Source: Paraspadella gotoi
Taxonomy: Eukaryota; Animalia; Chaetognatha
Length of the DNA stretch: 64,000 bases
Direction: 5' to 3'
Assembly (NCBI GenBank): GCA_051294375.1
Contig: CM119269.1
Location: forward strand, 3,974,302 to 4,038,301
Position 1 is the stretch's first letter. Each line of letters starts with the position of its first letter. Below are positions 36,093 to 49,229 of the stretch, piece by piece. The notes beneath the pieces are model-generated. The model had not been told where the DNA came from. It did no database searches and saw nothing but the letters and a program-made list of their open reading frames with translations. The translations under genes and the position numbers were made by a program.

Positions 36093-38613
36093 CGAGAGAG
36101 AGAGGAGAGAGAGAGAAGAGAGAGAGAGCTCTCCATTCATACGGAGCGAGTGTTCTGTCCCCCTAGGGGTTGTACTGGGGGGAACTAGGGAAAATGGCGT
36201 GAGGGGGGAAGTGAGAGAGGAGAGAACGAGAGAGATGAGAGAGAGGAGAGAGAGAGGAGAGATCGAGAGAGAGGAGACGAGAGAGAGCAGAGAGAGAGAG
36301 AGAGACACATGGAGATTGGTAGCTGAGGTAGGAGAGCGGATGTCTCGTAGTGGGGCGTAGTGGCTCAAGAAGCAGAGTTTCCGATGCTGGGAATTCTTAC
36401 CAGGAGCGTCGAAGGACGGTGAAGGCAGTGCCGAGGAGGAGAAAGGAAGGACGGGAGAAGAGGGAGGGCAGGAGAAGGAGGAGCAGAAAGAGGACCTGAA
36501 AAAGAAGAAGAAGAGACAATGAATTGAAGTATGAGAATTTAGAAACAGAAAGCAAAACAGAAGTTTTTCACCGCACGCACGCGGCGATCCCAGAAATGGT
36601 CGGGGGGTGAAAACAGTTTGATGCCGGACTAGAAACGGACATTTTGGGTGGGAGCATTATTCATCCCTGTGCTTTTGCGAAATGTACAAAAAAAATGAGC
36701 GGACAAAAAGAAATCTCGTGGGAGGGATGATCTGGTAGATGGTCGCGGGAAGATCGCGAGAGAGATAGATGAAGGCGACAAGCAGAGAGAGGCAAAGAGA
36801 GTGGAGGGAGGGAGGGACGGGCGACGCAGAGCAGGGGCCCACCGAGCAGGTGGACAGTCGGTATGTCCGCGATGGAAGGAAGGCGGGAAGAGACAGAGAA
36901 AGACCCCGAGCCCGAGCCCACCAAAGACCAAATACCACGATACGCATAATAAATAGTCCAGAGGCGTATGACAGGAACAGTCCGACAAGGATAGACACGA
37001 ACAGAGAGATTTAGGACAGAGCAAACATAAGACCGAAAGAAAGGCGAAAGAATCACCACTAGATGGCCAACTGTTGGTGTGGACGCAAGAATTTTAGTAG
37101 TATTCAATATCAATTAATTTTATCTTCAATGGAAGATTTCGTCTTGCTAAAGTTAAATTGATAGCTGGTCACGAATTCATGTGTCAGGGTCATTAATGTT
37201 AGGATATTATTGCTTATATTATATATAGTTATGATGATTAGGAGCGTTAATCTAACTTATTTTTTGTTCGGGTCTTTGTGCTTTTATTTTGCGGTCTATC
37301 AGTCGCTGTCTGTCCGGTAACTAAGAAACGCTTAGCCCCCCTCAGATCGTCTGGCTTATAGGACCTTTTTATGCTTCCCTCGCGTTTTATTTTTTTTTTT
37401 ATTCTAACATACCACGATGCTAAGTCTTCCGGCTCTCAGTTTACAAGCTGCTTGTCTCTTTTTTTTCAGTGCGCGTATTATGTCTAGAGGTGCTTGTGTT
37501 GAGTTTGTACACTGTGTGCACGCGTGATTTGGCACGTTATTCTCAGTTCTACTCGTCCGCTTCTTCGTTGTTGTGCGTTTGTCGTTGTTTCGGACGCGTG
37601 GGCAATTGCCCAAAGCCCCGGCATTGTAGACGTCTGGATCTGGGATGGAAAGCATGGTGGGCGGGGGGGGGGCGGTGGTGGGGGGAGGGAGGTAGGAGGC
37701 GAATAGCAGTTCGGGATGAGAGAGAGAAATAGGAAGGAAGGAAGTCCCGTGAACAGAGAGGGAAAGCGAGTAAAAGCGGGAACAAAAGAAAAGTAAAAGG
37801 GAAAGGTAGAAATTGATTAGGCTGTTTTTTGTTGAAAGGCGAGTTTGCATAAAACGTATCTTCGCACACCTGCTCGACCGAAACCATCGAAGATTTAAGC
37901 TTGATCCGACAAACAATCGGAAGGATGAAAGAGAAACGCGATTGGAAAATTATAAAAAAGAGGTTAAGGTGAAAGCTGGGGAGAGAAAAGAAAAAGATAC
38001 GGTGAAAGGAAGGACAGAAAGTCGTCGCACAAGAAGCATGAAAGAGGACGAAAGCAAGAAGCATAAGAAAGAAAGGCGTCGAAAAAAAGAAAGAAAAAAA
38101 GATAAGAAAGCAAAGTAAAGAAGGAGAAAGCAAGGAGAGAGAGAAAGAAAGAAATAGGTATAGTGAAAACCTACTATAGGGGAAATACGATATGACTTTA
38201 GACTATTTATAAAAGAAATATTAAATTAAAAAAAAAGTAATTGTAAAAGAACTGTTAAGGAGGGAAATTTTTTGGCCCCGTCTTAGTTAAAATAAACGAA
38301 TAATGAATCGAAAAGTAAAGAATTAGGCCTCCAAAGAAATAAGATATATGTGAATTCTAAATAAAGGCGGCGTTAAACTACCTTCAATACTATACGGCAA
38401 AAACAGCCAGGGGGTTGCTAGTGATGCCCAGGCGTAGGTATGGCGCTGGTGGAGCTTAAACTAATACTGTCATGATTCGCTTTCCACAAAAAAGAGAAAG
38501 CAATCACCGATCTGGGATGTAGCCGGCTGTTGGATTGTGATGGAGCGTTTCCGCTGCTGAACCCNNNNNNNNNNNNNNNNNNNNNNNNNGTTTTTTTTCA
38601 TAATTTAAATTAC

Positions 38614-39744
38614 CTTTGCACCGGTTGATCCCCGTGATTCCTTGACGATCTTGAATGAGCAGAGCGCGAAAGACGCCCCAGTACGACTCGTGCTCGCGAT
38701 TGAGGCTTCGACAATACAGATGTGGGAGTAGATGGCGCGTTTCTGATCGCGGGGCGGGAGAATCGCGCCGGGGTTGTCCACCATGGTGCGGACCGGGACT
38801 GGCGGTTGTGGGGGAGGGGTTTTGTGGATAGTTGAGGAGTGAGTGAGAAAGATGGAGGTTATTCTTTGAAGAGGGGTGAGGAATGAACGATAACTAAACA
38901 ATTATGAGCTCTCATTTCAAGATTGTGATAACCTATTTGGTCAATCTATTAAGAGCATAGTATACGACAAATACGTCAAAAAGATCAAGCAATACATTCA
39001 AATTCAATTGAGGACTCACAAGGATTGTGAAGGTTAGAGGGAAGTGAGTCGGAGGTCGTCGTCCGTCGTCTTCATCGTCCGACGTCGCCGACGACATAAG
39101 GAATCCTGATTCATCCGGAGTTTGGGAAGAGGTAGATCACGGTCGTCCTCGGTCGACAAGACCGATGCTGAAAGTGAAGAATTATGTACATAAATTAGCT
39201 GGATAAGGTTAATTTACTACTAACTAAAATTAACTAAAATAAAAAAGAAAATTAATTATCTAATATCAGTATCTATTTTGCAAAAGAAAAAGAGACTAAA
39301 CTTTTTAAGAGCAAAATCCAAAGTTATGAGAATTCAATCAAACTGCAACAATATGCAAATGAAGATAAGAGTTCATCGATCGCTTTCACATAACTCTTCC
39401 ACGCAAAACCTCTCACCAGAAACTTGGCGATCGTTATCATCGCGTCTCGAGGCACGGCGGGCTGGCACTTGCGGCGAGAGCGGCGGCGGGTTTCATCGAA
39501 GGCGGGCACCGTTAGTGAAGGATCCCAATTACGCCCGTGAGGAGGACTTGCTCGTCGACCGGGGATTCCAGGTCCCGGGCGACGAGGATCTGGAGGCGCG
39601 CCACCGTCATGGCGCCCGCGGCAGTCGTCTCCCGCGCCCCCACGCAGTAGGAGAGCGACTTTCCGGTGAACGAAATCGAGATGTGGACGACGCGACGAGA
39701 GAGGAAGCAGTAGAGATCCGTGAGAGCTTTCGGGTCTCGTTCAA
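38614..39744 (-). CDS. IKK-alpha/beta-like kinase fragment (ubiquitin-like domain and start of scaffold domain), indel-rich
   Basis: Exon 39744-39417: KALTDLYCFLSRRVVHISISFTGKSLSYCV...ARLQILVARDLE.PVDEQVLL; exon from 39167: TTVIYLFPNS; exon ending 38614: PVPVRTMVDNPGAILPPRDQKR...HESYWGVFRAL. Colinear with the recalled IKK pattern KALDDIL..K.VHILN..TG....Y.V...L...I...TGIP...QELL...LVFLFDNS...P.SV..I...P. Splice sites canonical. Confidence 0.6.
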
Positions 39745-39955
39745 CTGTTTGTTAAAGATGTGAAAAGGGGAGGAAATGAAAATTTATGGTTCCAAGTGGA
39801 ACGGGATTCTTCTATGGTTCTTCCCCCCAACAAGTGAGCATCTGCTCAGCAAACGCGACATCTCCCGAGAGAAAAACGAAGGAGGAAACCTCCTCTTCCC
39901 CGCCTTCTCTTCCCCCTCCCCGTACGCTACCTCAGTACGCCGACACGAGACAGAA

Positions 39956-40900
39956 TCACTCGTAACCAAGCAAACCAGAGGGGGGAATCCCGCGAAGACT
40001 TCCGGTGACGTGGCCACGCCCACTTGAATTCGGACGTCGTAGAAGGGGGGATGAGAACCGCAAAAGAACCAGTCCATGGACCGAAAACCGGGTCTGGAGA
40101 AACTGACGGCCGGACGAAGCCAACGGCCGAAAGAGCTGTCGGGCGATCAGTTGGTCCTTGACGTCCCTGGAGTCCCGCCCCTCCGCTTGGGAGGCGGCGA
40201 AAACCTGCGGGGCCAGTAGGGACGGGCGAGCGGGATTACCGCGGACTGCCACGCCCATGCTTGCGGCTAACAGAAAAACTGGGCGCAATAGTGAGGCGCC
40301 CCGGAGCGGAGAAGAGCGAAGAATGGAACGCTAGAGTGACGTCTTGTGGAGCGGTCTCCGAAAAAGAACGACGTGGAGGGCGGAGAACGGGACAGAACTG
40401 TCTTGAGATCCGAAGGGGCAGCGTCGACAACTAAGCGCCGAGACTCGGAGAGGGCCAAAAATCGCCGCCAAACCCGACGAGGCGTCTCTAAGGGGCTTGG
40501 CAAGATCGTCAAGGTGGCCTGCGTCCACTGCATCGGGCCCCTCCGAGCGAGGGCCTCAACCATGAGGCGGAGAGCGTCAGCGACAGAAAGGACAGCATGA
40601 GCGACGGCTCCGGCGCCCTCATGATGCGCTTCAATAAGCCTTGAAAGCGCGCGTCGTCTTGGAGTCCTTTCCAAACGGCGTCGACTGAGCGGCAATGGCA
40701 ACTCTCTTGGAGCAGTGAGACGAAATCCGCCGGCGAAGAGACATCCGACCAGCGCCGGAAACGCGTATAGGCGGAAAAGAACGTCCCACGACGGTAAAGA
40801 ACGTCGTCCTGGCCAACTCTGCGCAAACCCTCCACTGCTGTAGGACCCACTCCGAAGGCTGTACAGAAGCACGACGAGACCAAGAAGTTGTCCAACCCCG
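39956..40900 (-). pseudogene. Tyrosine recombinase remnant (frameshifted)
   Basis: SAYTRFRRW...DFVSLL...QDDARFQGLLKRIMRA (N-terminal helical domain); TQATLTIL...RRV..FLALS...DLKT (box I R and K); RQLS...GF...GPWTGS...FY (box II R...G.W.S...Y), read across frameshifts. Confidence 0.65.
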
Positions 40901-41250
40901 CAGCAGAAACCGGAGGCGTCGTCGTCGACTTGCGCAGATGGGGCTTGACGAGGAAAGGCGTGACGCAGTCACCGCTCGGAGCGGTGAAGGCCGATCCGCC
41001 GCGAAGAGGCCGCAAAGAACGCGAAGACTCCAAGTCCGCTGCGTACAAGGAGACCGACGAGAACGGCGAAATGGCGAACAGAGGCGTCCAGAACCATGAA
41101 GAAACGTTACATGGAAAAAAGAGAAATCATTGAAAAATGACAGTCTCAAAAATGGAACCCCAAAAAACACCCCACCAAAACAAGACAAGCGAGCTGAGCC
41201 GCCCTCCACCACCGGTGGTGCCAGGGGTGGACGGTGGGGTGGTTGTTTGT

Positions 41251-41326
41251 GGAAGAACCATGAAGAACCCCGGTTCCATATGGAACCATAATTCTATCAT
41301 GTAGTTCTTCCCACCAACAAGTGAGC
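41251..41326. other. DIRS internal complementary region (ICR)
   Basis: 41251-41293 is the reverse complement of the left terminus 39781-39823; 41290-41326 is the reverse complement of the right terminus 42384-42420; halves overlap at AATT. Confidence 0.9.
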
Positions 41327-42641
41327 CTGTACAAGACCAGGCGAAGGCCGACAAAAAAACAAACAAACAAAGTCGAGTTAGTGGGGCACAGGAGGAAAAC
41401 CCCTCTGCTACGCCGAAATGTACGCCAAAAAAAGGGCAAAAAACAAAAAACGAAAAGAAAGAAGACCTCACCGCCGAAGACTCTCCAATTCGGAACGAGA
41501 CGAGCGGCGAAATCCCTAAATTCGCGACGACGCTAGAAAGAGCGTTGCTAATTTGGAGAAACTGCCTCCATCTGAGGGGATGACTTCGGCCTGACCAGAA
41601 AAGCCCCGGAATGCTGATGGTGGAGGCGGTGGAGGCGGCGGCGAAGGCGGCGGCGGAAGAGACATGAGGGTAGTCGAGTTGAAAACACGCGCCTCAGTCC
41701 AAAAAACGGAGAAGCACTGGACAAACAAGGGGGCGAAACAAGGTTCTTCCCCCTGCAGCCGTACTAAGCGCGTGGGCAACGAGAGGGCCGAGTCGCGGCT
41801 CTTCCCCTCCGCAGCCGCGCAGGGCGTGCGTCGAGGCAAGCGACAAAGGGCCGAGTCAAGGCTCTTCCCTCCGAAGCCCACGCACAACGAAGACGAAAAA
41901 AGATGGCTGCCGTGAAGAGAAACTTCAAAGCACGTGTCGAAGAATATCTGTATTCTGAACTCCAAAAAAAAAAAGGAACGAAAAATATGGCAAAATTATT
42001 CAAAAAAATAATCAAAAAATATTTTCGTAAAAAAAGCCGGGAGACTGAGCGCAAAAGCCGCGAACAGAAGAAGTGATTCTGTCTCGTGTCGGCGTACTGA
42101 GGTAGCGTACGGGAGGGGGAAGAGAAGGCGGGGAAGAGGAGTTTTCCTCTTCGTTTTTCTCTCGGGATATGTGCGTTTGGAGAGAGATGCTCACTTGTTG
42201 GTGGGGAAGAACTAATGATAGAATTATTTCAACAAAATATCAAAAAAATATTTTCGTAAAAAAAGCCGGAGACTGTGAGCGCAAAGGCGTACTGAGTAGC
42301 GGTACGGGAGGGGAAGAGAGGCGGGGAAGAGGAGGTTTCCTCTTTCGTTTTTTCTCTCGGAGATGTCGCGTTTCCTGAGCGATGCTCACTTGTTGGTGGG
42401 GAAAACTACATGATAGAATTCTCTCTTGATCCGACTCTTATAACCTGGAAGACCCTGATGTCGGGGAGGTGAATGAACTTGGTACAATCAACAATTATCC
42501 ATTCATTCTTGAATTAATAAGCCATATTGCGCCTAACTTTGACAAGCTATGGTGGGCTTAAGGCCTCCTCCCTCAAACGATTTCATAGCACGTAGTATAT
42601 TTTCTATATCGTTATGAAAATGACATACATCAAAGGTGGAA

Positions 42642-42960
42642 TGTAAACCAAGGAAACGAATCGATTTTTATCGGAATCAAACCGGATCGGAGACTCGGAT
42701 GAAATCAACCAAGAACTCACTGATTGGATGAATCACCTCCGGAATCGACCAATGAGAAGAGGGGCTTCATGCCATCGGGAAGAGAACCCATGTCGCTGAT
42801 CCGAGGGCTCTGTATAAATACTGACCATTCCTGTATTTGAATCAATCTGCCTGTAAACTCTCACACCGTTCTTTGCTTGTGAAATATTTGTCAATAAATT
42901 CCACCCTCGATTTCATGTTGAAATCTCTGTCTACTTTACTTAAATGTCAGTTTCACTACA
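42642..42960 (+). mobile_element. LTR (319 bp), probably a 3' LTR with polypurine tract
   Basis: TGTAA...CTACA termini, CCAAT, TATAAATA 42813, AATAAA 42893; preceded by aaaggtggaa; no TSD. Confidence 0.75.
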
Positions 42961-43524
42961 TCAGCCAATGACCTTGAACTGAGTCAAGTCAACAAAAACA
43001 ACACATAGACTATGATGCAACCAATGATTCAAAATGCAATTTCAAAATATAAACTCTTATCTTATTGTAGCAACACAGATGAATGGTACCTACCCTATGG
43101 GAAGCATTAGGACAGCCATAATCATGAGGGGTTAGCTACGACCCACACACGGGACTCGTTCTGAACCTGCTCGGAGGGGTTTATGTAGTTACGGAATTCT
43201 TTTCGCAAGGTCTACCTATATAACCCACCAGCCAGCCAGAAAGCTAGGCAGCCAACGAGCCAACCATCTTAAAAAAACTCACATTAAATTCCCCTTAATA
43301 TCCACCCACTCCTCCTACTCTTCCTTCTTTTCTTCCTCCTCCTCCTCCTCCTCTTCCTCCTTCTCCTCAAATCCCTCACTCAACCCTGGATTTCTTTCTT
43401 TTTTTTTTCTTTTTTTGTATTTTTTAGAAATGAGGATGAATCTTCCCCCTCATCCTTCGGTCATTAGGAGCCAGTCCCGATTTGGCGATGAAAACGATGG
43501 GAGAGAGAGAAAGAGCGTGGGAGA

Positions 43525-43633
<109 letters not shown>

Positions 43634-43857
43634 AAAGCGTTTACATGAATATAAAATAAGATTAGACCAGAAAAAAAATTAATATAAAGGAAAATTAAGT
43701 AAATTTATTCCATTGTACGCATTTTTTTTAGTCAGTTGCAAATCTCTAAATCCGTGAACCAAATCCCGTGATTCGTACGCATCGCGTGGAATCGCATCTG
43801 AACTAAAATTAGCATTTCTACCCTATTTTTATCTTTGTGTCACCTTTTTTTGGTTTG

Positions 43858-45030
43858 TCGTCTGTTCATTTTCCTTTTTTTATTTTCCATCTGTACATAT
43901 AAAATTATCCATTCATTTAATAAGCTATCCTACCCCTGACTTTGGTGGTTGAAAGCATCCATCACTCTTACATTCTAATGACATTGCAGGCCCCTTCAGG
44001 CTTTCAATCAAGACTTTCTCACAGTCTTGTTTATTCACTCCCAGAGTACCTGGCTTCCCTAGCAATGAAGTTGTATAATTTTTCAAAGAATGTTTCAATT
44101 GTATTAAAAGACATTAGATTTACACTACTACCGTTCTTATCTCTCCATCTCGCTCTCTATCTTTCACCATCACTCAGTATCACCATCAAAATCTCACCGC
44201 CACATTAACTCGAGTCACTAACGACGCTTCACGACGATCTCACTTTATCGCGACCGTAATGGGATTCGTGCCAGGGACCTTTGGGTTCAGGGGCAGTCAC
44301 TTCGTCCGTTACGCCACGCCGCCGGAACTTCGTTTTCCTTTTCACATATCTTTTTTATTGCAATGTTATTTAACTTTGTTCTCTTATCGTCCATTTTCTT
44401 TCTTTTTTTCATCTTTCCTCTTTTTTCNNNNNNNNNNNNNNNNNNNNNNNNNGTCGTCTGTTCATTTTCCTTTTTTATTTTCCCATCTGTACATTATAAA
44501 ATTATCCATTCATTTAATAAGCTATCCTACCCCTGACTTTGTGGTTGAAAGCATCCACTCACCTCTTACATTCTAATGACATTGCAGGCCCCTTCAGGCT
44601 TTCAATCAAGACTTTCTCACAGTCTTGTTTATTCACTTCCCAGAGTACCTGGCTTCCCTAGCAATGAAGTTTGTAATATTTTTCAAAGAATGTTTCAATT
44701 GTATTTAAAAGACTTAGATTTACACTACTACCGTTCTTATCTCTCCATCTCGCCTCTCTATCTTTCACCATCACTCAGTATCACCATCAAAATCTTCACC
44801 GCCACATTAACTCGAGTCACTAACGACGCTTCACGACGATCTCACTTTATCGCGACCGTAATGAGATTCGTTGCAGGGACCTTTGGGTTCAGGGGCAGTC
44901 ACTTCGTCCGTTACGCCACGCGGCCGGAACTTCGTTTTCCTTTTTCACATATCTTTTTTATTGCAATGTTGTTTAAAACTTTGTTCTCTATATCGTCCAT
45001 TTTCTTTCTTTTTTTCATCTTTCCTCTTTT
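43858..45030. repeat. ~570-bp tandem duplicate across an N gap (probable assembly overlap)
   Basis: 43858-44427 and 44453-45030 near-identical, differing mainly by single-base indels. Confidence 0.85.
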
Positions 45031-45177
45031 TTCTTATTTTCCTTTTTATTCTTTTTTTTATTCTTTTTTTTATTCTTTTTTTCCATCGTAATCTTCATCG
45101 GATGAAGACAAATCATCGACGTCGTGGTTCCACACGGCTCATCCGATTGAGCAGAGAGAAGAGAGAGAGAACGAGAG

Positions 45178-45227
<50 letters not shown>

Positions 45228-45569
45228 GAGAGAGAGAGAGAGAGGCAGAGAGATAAACGAAAGGAAGGGCGATAATAAAGCAGGGATGGGATATAGAGCT
45301 GAATTGAGAAAGGATAAATATACGTAGAACAATATTCGAATAAGGAAAGAGGAAAACGTGATTAGGAAGAGAAAGTAGAAAGACCGGGAAGATAGAAAGA
45401 TAAAAAAGAAGAAAAAAGAGAGAAACAAAAAGAGAGGAGAGAGAAAAACTAGAACGGGAATTCCAATCCAGAGTTTCGTCGTTCATATTCGATTCATCAG
45501 ATTTTGTCATTTATTCTTTTTACGATTTATTTAAAAACAAAATTAAAAAGTGCCATTAAATTTTTGGTC

Positions 45570-45740
45570 ATGTGATCGCTTTTTAAGGTGATATTTGCAT
45601 GTTAAAGGTCTTATCCTACCTAACCTTCATACCAAATATGAACTAAATTGATGAAGTATTACCGAATTATGACAAACAAAATGACATACCGACCGACCGA
45701 CCGAAAGGGGACTTATTGAGCTCTCGCGGCGCAACTAAAA
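45570..45740 (+). mobile_element. HINE-like family A, diverged or related copy
   Basis: gacataccgaccgaccgaccgaaa...acttat.gag...cgcggcgcaactaaaa end shared with the other copies. Confidence 0.5.
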
Positions 45741-47074
45741 AAAGAGAGGAGAGAAACAAAAAGATAGGATAGAGGGGAAAAAAGAGAGGAGAGAGAGGGC
45801 TGATCCACTTTGCATATCCTGCATATTTATCTCCCCGACCCGAGAGGCAGGAGGCGACACAATCCTTGAATTGTTTATGCATTTGCTGAGGCGGTTTCGA
45901 TTGTGTGTGTGTCAGAGAGAGAGAGAGAGATAGAGAGAGAGAGAGATAGAGAGAGAGAGAGAAAGGGTTAATGTGCGTTTTTCTCCTCTCTAATTCGAAA
46001 AACAACGGATACTCATACATTATTTTCCATCCATTTTATTTGCCTTCTCTCTCCTTGGAGCTAGAAAAGGAGAAAAGGGGCCGAAAGAGAAAGTAATATA
46101 AAGAGGAAGAATACGTTCAGGCAAATAAATACAATTAAACATATAAAGTAAACACTTATAAATAAGTAATAAAGTATTTAGAATTTGCATTTATACTGTT
46201 TTTCGTATGACGTTCAAACGACATTAAACGAATTAAAAAAAAGGAAAAAAACGCGTTAAGCAGATGATAATTATCCGTAATCACTATTGCTTTAACTGAC
46301 AGCCTTTTTAAAGGGGTCCTGATGAAGGAGGGTCACTAGGCAACCGAGCCGGTTTAAGGTCAACGTCACATTTTCTTGTTTTGATTTGATTTGCCTCCCA
46401 TCTTTTGACAAAAATTATCATTGGCGCGGAAGTAATTTAAGCACAAAAACCACCACATTTTCTCGATTTGTTTCCGTGTTTCAGAATATATTCGATATTT
46501 ATCTCAAGAAACTGACGCCTCGAACGCTGGACCAAGCGGGCGTAGAAAAATATTTTCTATAGCAAGCGTGGATTGATGGCGGGGCCTTACTGACGGGGTG
46601 AATCAAAGCGATGCCCTGTGCCTATTACGATAATAATAGTTTATATAATATTATAAATAATATTATATTATCTCTACCTATTTTAGCGAATTCTAGCGTA
46701 TTCTAGCATTGAAGCAAATATCAACAACTTGACAAACAAAACGATAAACAAAAAAAGATAAAACCTTCTTTCTTTTGTAAAAGAAATAAAAAAAAGTGAA
46801 GTTGACCCGTAAAAATCTCTTCCATTTACGAGTTTTCTTTTTTCAACCTGCTTCGTCGTCGTCGTCGTCGGCATCATCCCTACTCTGCCCTCTAGCGGTT
46901 CGAGAATTTACACTCCATCGTAAAAAAAAGAGAAAAGGTGAGAGAGAGCGCGTTGCCGAGTTTACGTTCCGCGTTGTTGTTGTCGTTGTTGTCGTTATTG
47001 TTGTCGTTGTTGTCGTTTTTGACCTTAAAAAGCGCCGAACGAATTAGATTACAACAAACTGAATCCCGATATGG

Positions 47075-47139
<65 letters not shown>

Positions 47140-47372
47140 CCGCGTTCGGAAGGCCGACTGGTTTATCCAAATCCGAAGGTTGTGGTTGAGCATTTTGTTT
47201 TCTCTTTTGTTTTGTTTTGCTTTTATTTTGTTATTTTGTTTCATTTGTTTATTTTTGTAATTGAAGCCTTCAAGTGAATCGAGTATTTAATATTTATATC
47301 CTCGCAAATAATTATTTTTCTTTAAATTGAATATTTATGGTGCTAGTGAGAAGAGTGAGAGAGAGAGAGAGA

Positions 47373-47473
<101 letters not shown>

Positions 47474-48214
47474 TGAAATATGAAATATGAAATAGACTAA
47501 ACCGGGGCGCAATTTACTGTGGCCCATGAGGTCATTCGTTACGAAAACTAAGTTAATGGTAAAAAATTCATTTTTAAAACCCATTTAAAAATTAATTTTT
47601 AAAACGTGAAAATCCAAAATTTTAAGAACTATGTACAAGACTTTCAAATTGTTAGTAGGTGATACTAAAAAAAGGAAAAAATTAATCAAAAATTACTAAA
47701 AAGATTTAAAGAGCTACAGACTGTTAAAAACGTTATGACGTGATTATGAAACCAGTTTAAGAATAGAAATTGAATCAATTCAATCAACAATAATATTGGA
47801 TGAAAAAAAAAACAAAAACTTCAAGACTCGCAATGACAGTCAAATCCAAAGAATGTGCTAAGGCAGATGTTGTCCGACTTCAGTTTCTCATAGCACAGTT
47901 TCATTGGTGATATGTGTGTGTTCCGTTTGTCGTTCTCTATGTTGTGTACTGTCCTTTCAAACATTTCATTTCCTTTGGTCACTTCAAAGATTCTCTTCAT
48001 TGTCTTTTCTCAATCTGTCCTTTCATTTCTGTTGTACCTGCTGCATCATACACAATTTTTGAAGAGGTATGCATAGGCAGTTTTTAAAAGGTTTTAGGGC
48101 TCTTAAATTTAGTTTTTTCCAATTTGTGAGAGAGAGAGAGAGAGAGAGAGAGAGGGATGAGCGTCTAAACTACGTAGGCGTGGCTTGGGTGAGTTTCCTG
48201 CGGAGGTGAGTCGC

Positions 48215-48290
<76 letters not shown>

Positions 48291-48329
48291 CAAAGGACGA
48301 GACTAAGCTGCGTGGACGAGCGGCTTACA

Positions 48330-48395
48330 AAGGAGGGCGTGGTCAGTAGGCGTGGTCAAGAGGCGTGGCCACTGGCGAGGTTGACTTCCGGTTAA
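48330..48395. promoter_or_regulatory. GC-box cluster with ETS-like site
   Basis: Three GGCGTGG motifs ~12-13 bp apart followed by ACTTCCGG. Confidence 0.3.
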
Positions 48396-48586
48396 TTGCG
48401 TCTCTGTCTCTCTCACGCTCGTGGACAGAAAAGGAACAACTTGCAAAGGGAAAATACGAGCATAAATTTTAAATTGGAAAGATTTCATGATGAATGCCTA
48501 AATTTTTAGATTTAAATGTAATGAAGTAGCTTTTTATGGCCTATAGTTTTATTTTGTGCGTAAAGCCCCATTGAATAAATTCAATA

Positions 48587-48657
<71 letters not shown>

Positions 48658-49229
48658 CCTCCGTACAATGATCACGCACTGTTACAAATATCGTGATTTC
48701 ATTTTTTTCCTTTTTCAAATGGCCTCTCATTTATTGGAACAAACCAGTCTTGAATTCATTTCTTTCTATCTTTAACTTTTGATGGCAACACCCAGTCTAT
48801 TTGATCGCATCTTAACTCTTCTTTGATCGCATCTTCACGCACATATGATCGCTATCATTTTGATATCATCTTTACTTCGCTTCAAATACATTTTTCTGCA
48901 ACTTTAATCGCTCCTTTTTGATCTCATCTCTCTGTATCTCTGATTGCAACTATCTTTCTTATCGCATTTTTACTCTTCTTTGATTCCATTTCTGCTTTTC
49001 TTTGATCGCATCTCTCTTCGTCTCTGCTCGTATATCATCTTCCTTTAGTTGGACAAAAATTCGTCGCTTCGTTTGACAGATTTCGGATATTGACCCCCCT
49101 TGCTTGAGGGGGGCTCACCGGCCACCGCACTTTTTTTCTTTTTTTCCTCTCTGATTTTTTCCCCCTTTTTTTTTTATCATTTTTTGTCACCTCTGGCCAA
49201 TTTTATCACCAAGTTTTTCTTATTTTTTT

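Larger units (their letters stand above)
39781..42420 (-). mobile_element. DIRS-type tyrosine-recombinase retroelement, internally deleted (no RT/RH seen)
   Basis: ~145-bp inverted terminal repeats (39817-39960 vs 42072-42225, partly repeated at 42286-42420); both termini end in AATT; internal complementary region; degraded YR. Confidence 0.85.

Noticed and set aside
36401-36495. Possible minus-strand exon (TTTTCAG...GTAAGA)
   Set aside because: Low-complexity pyrimidine sequence; no frame or partner exon assignable
43858-45030. Biological tandem duplication and its ORFs
   Set aside because: Copies flank an N gap and differ mainly by indels, typical of unmerged contig overlap
46318-46360. 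CTGATGA hammerhead candidate
   Set aside because: No GAAA core and only a weak stem II
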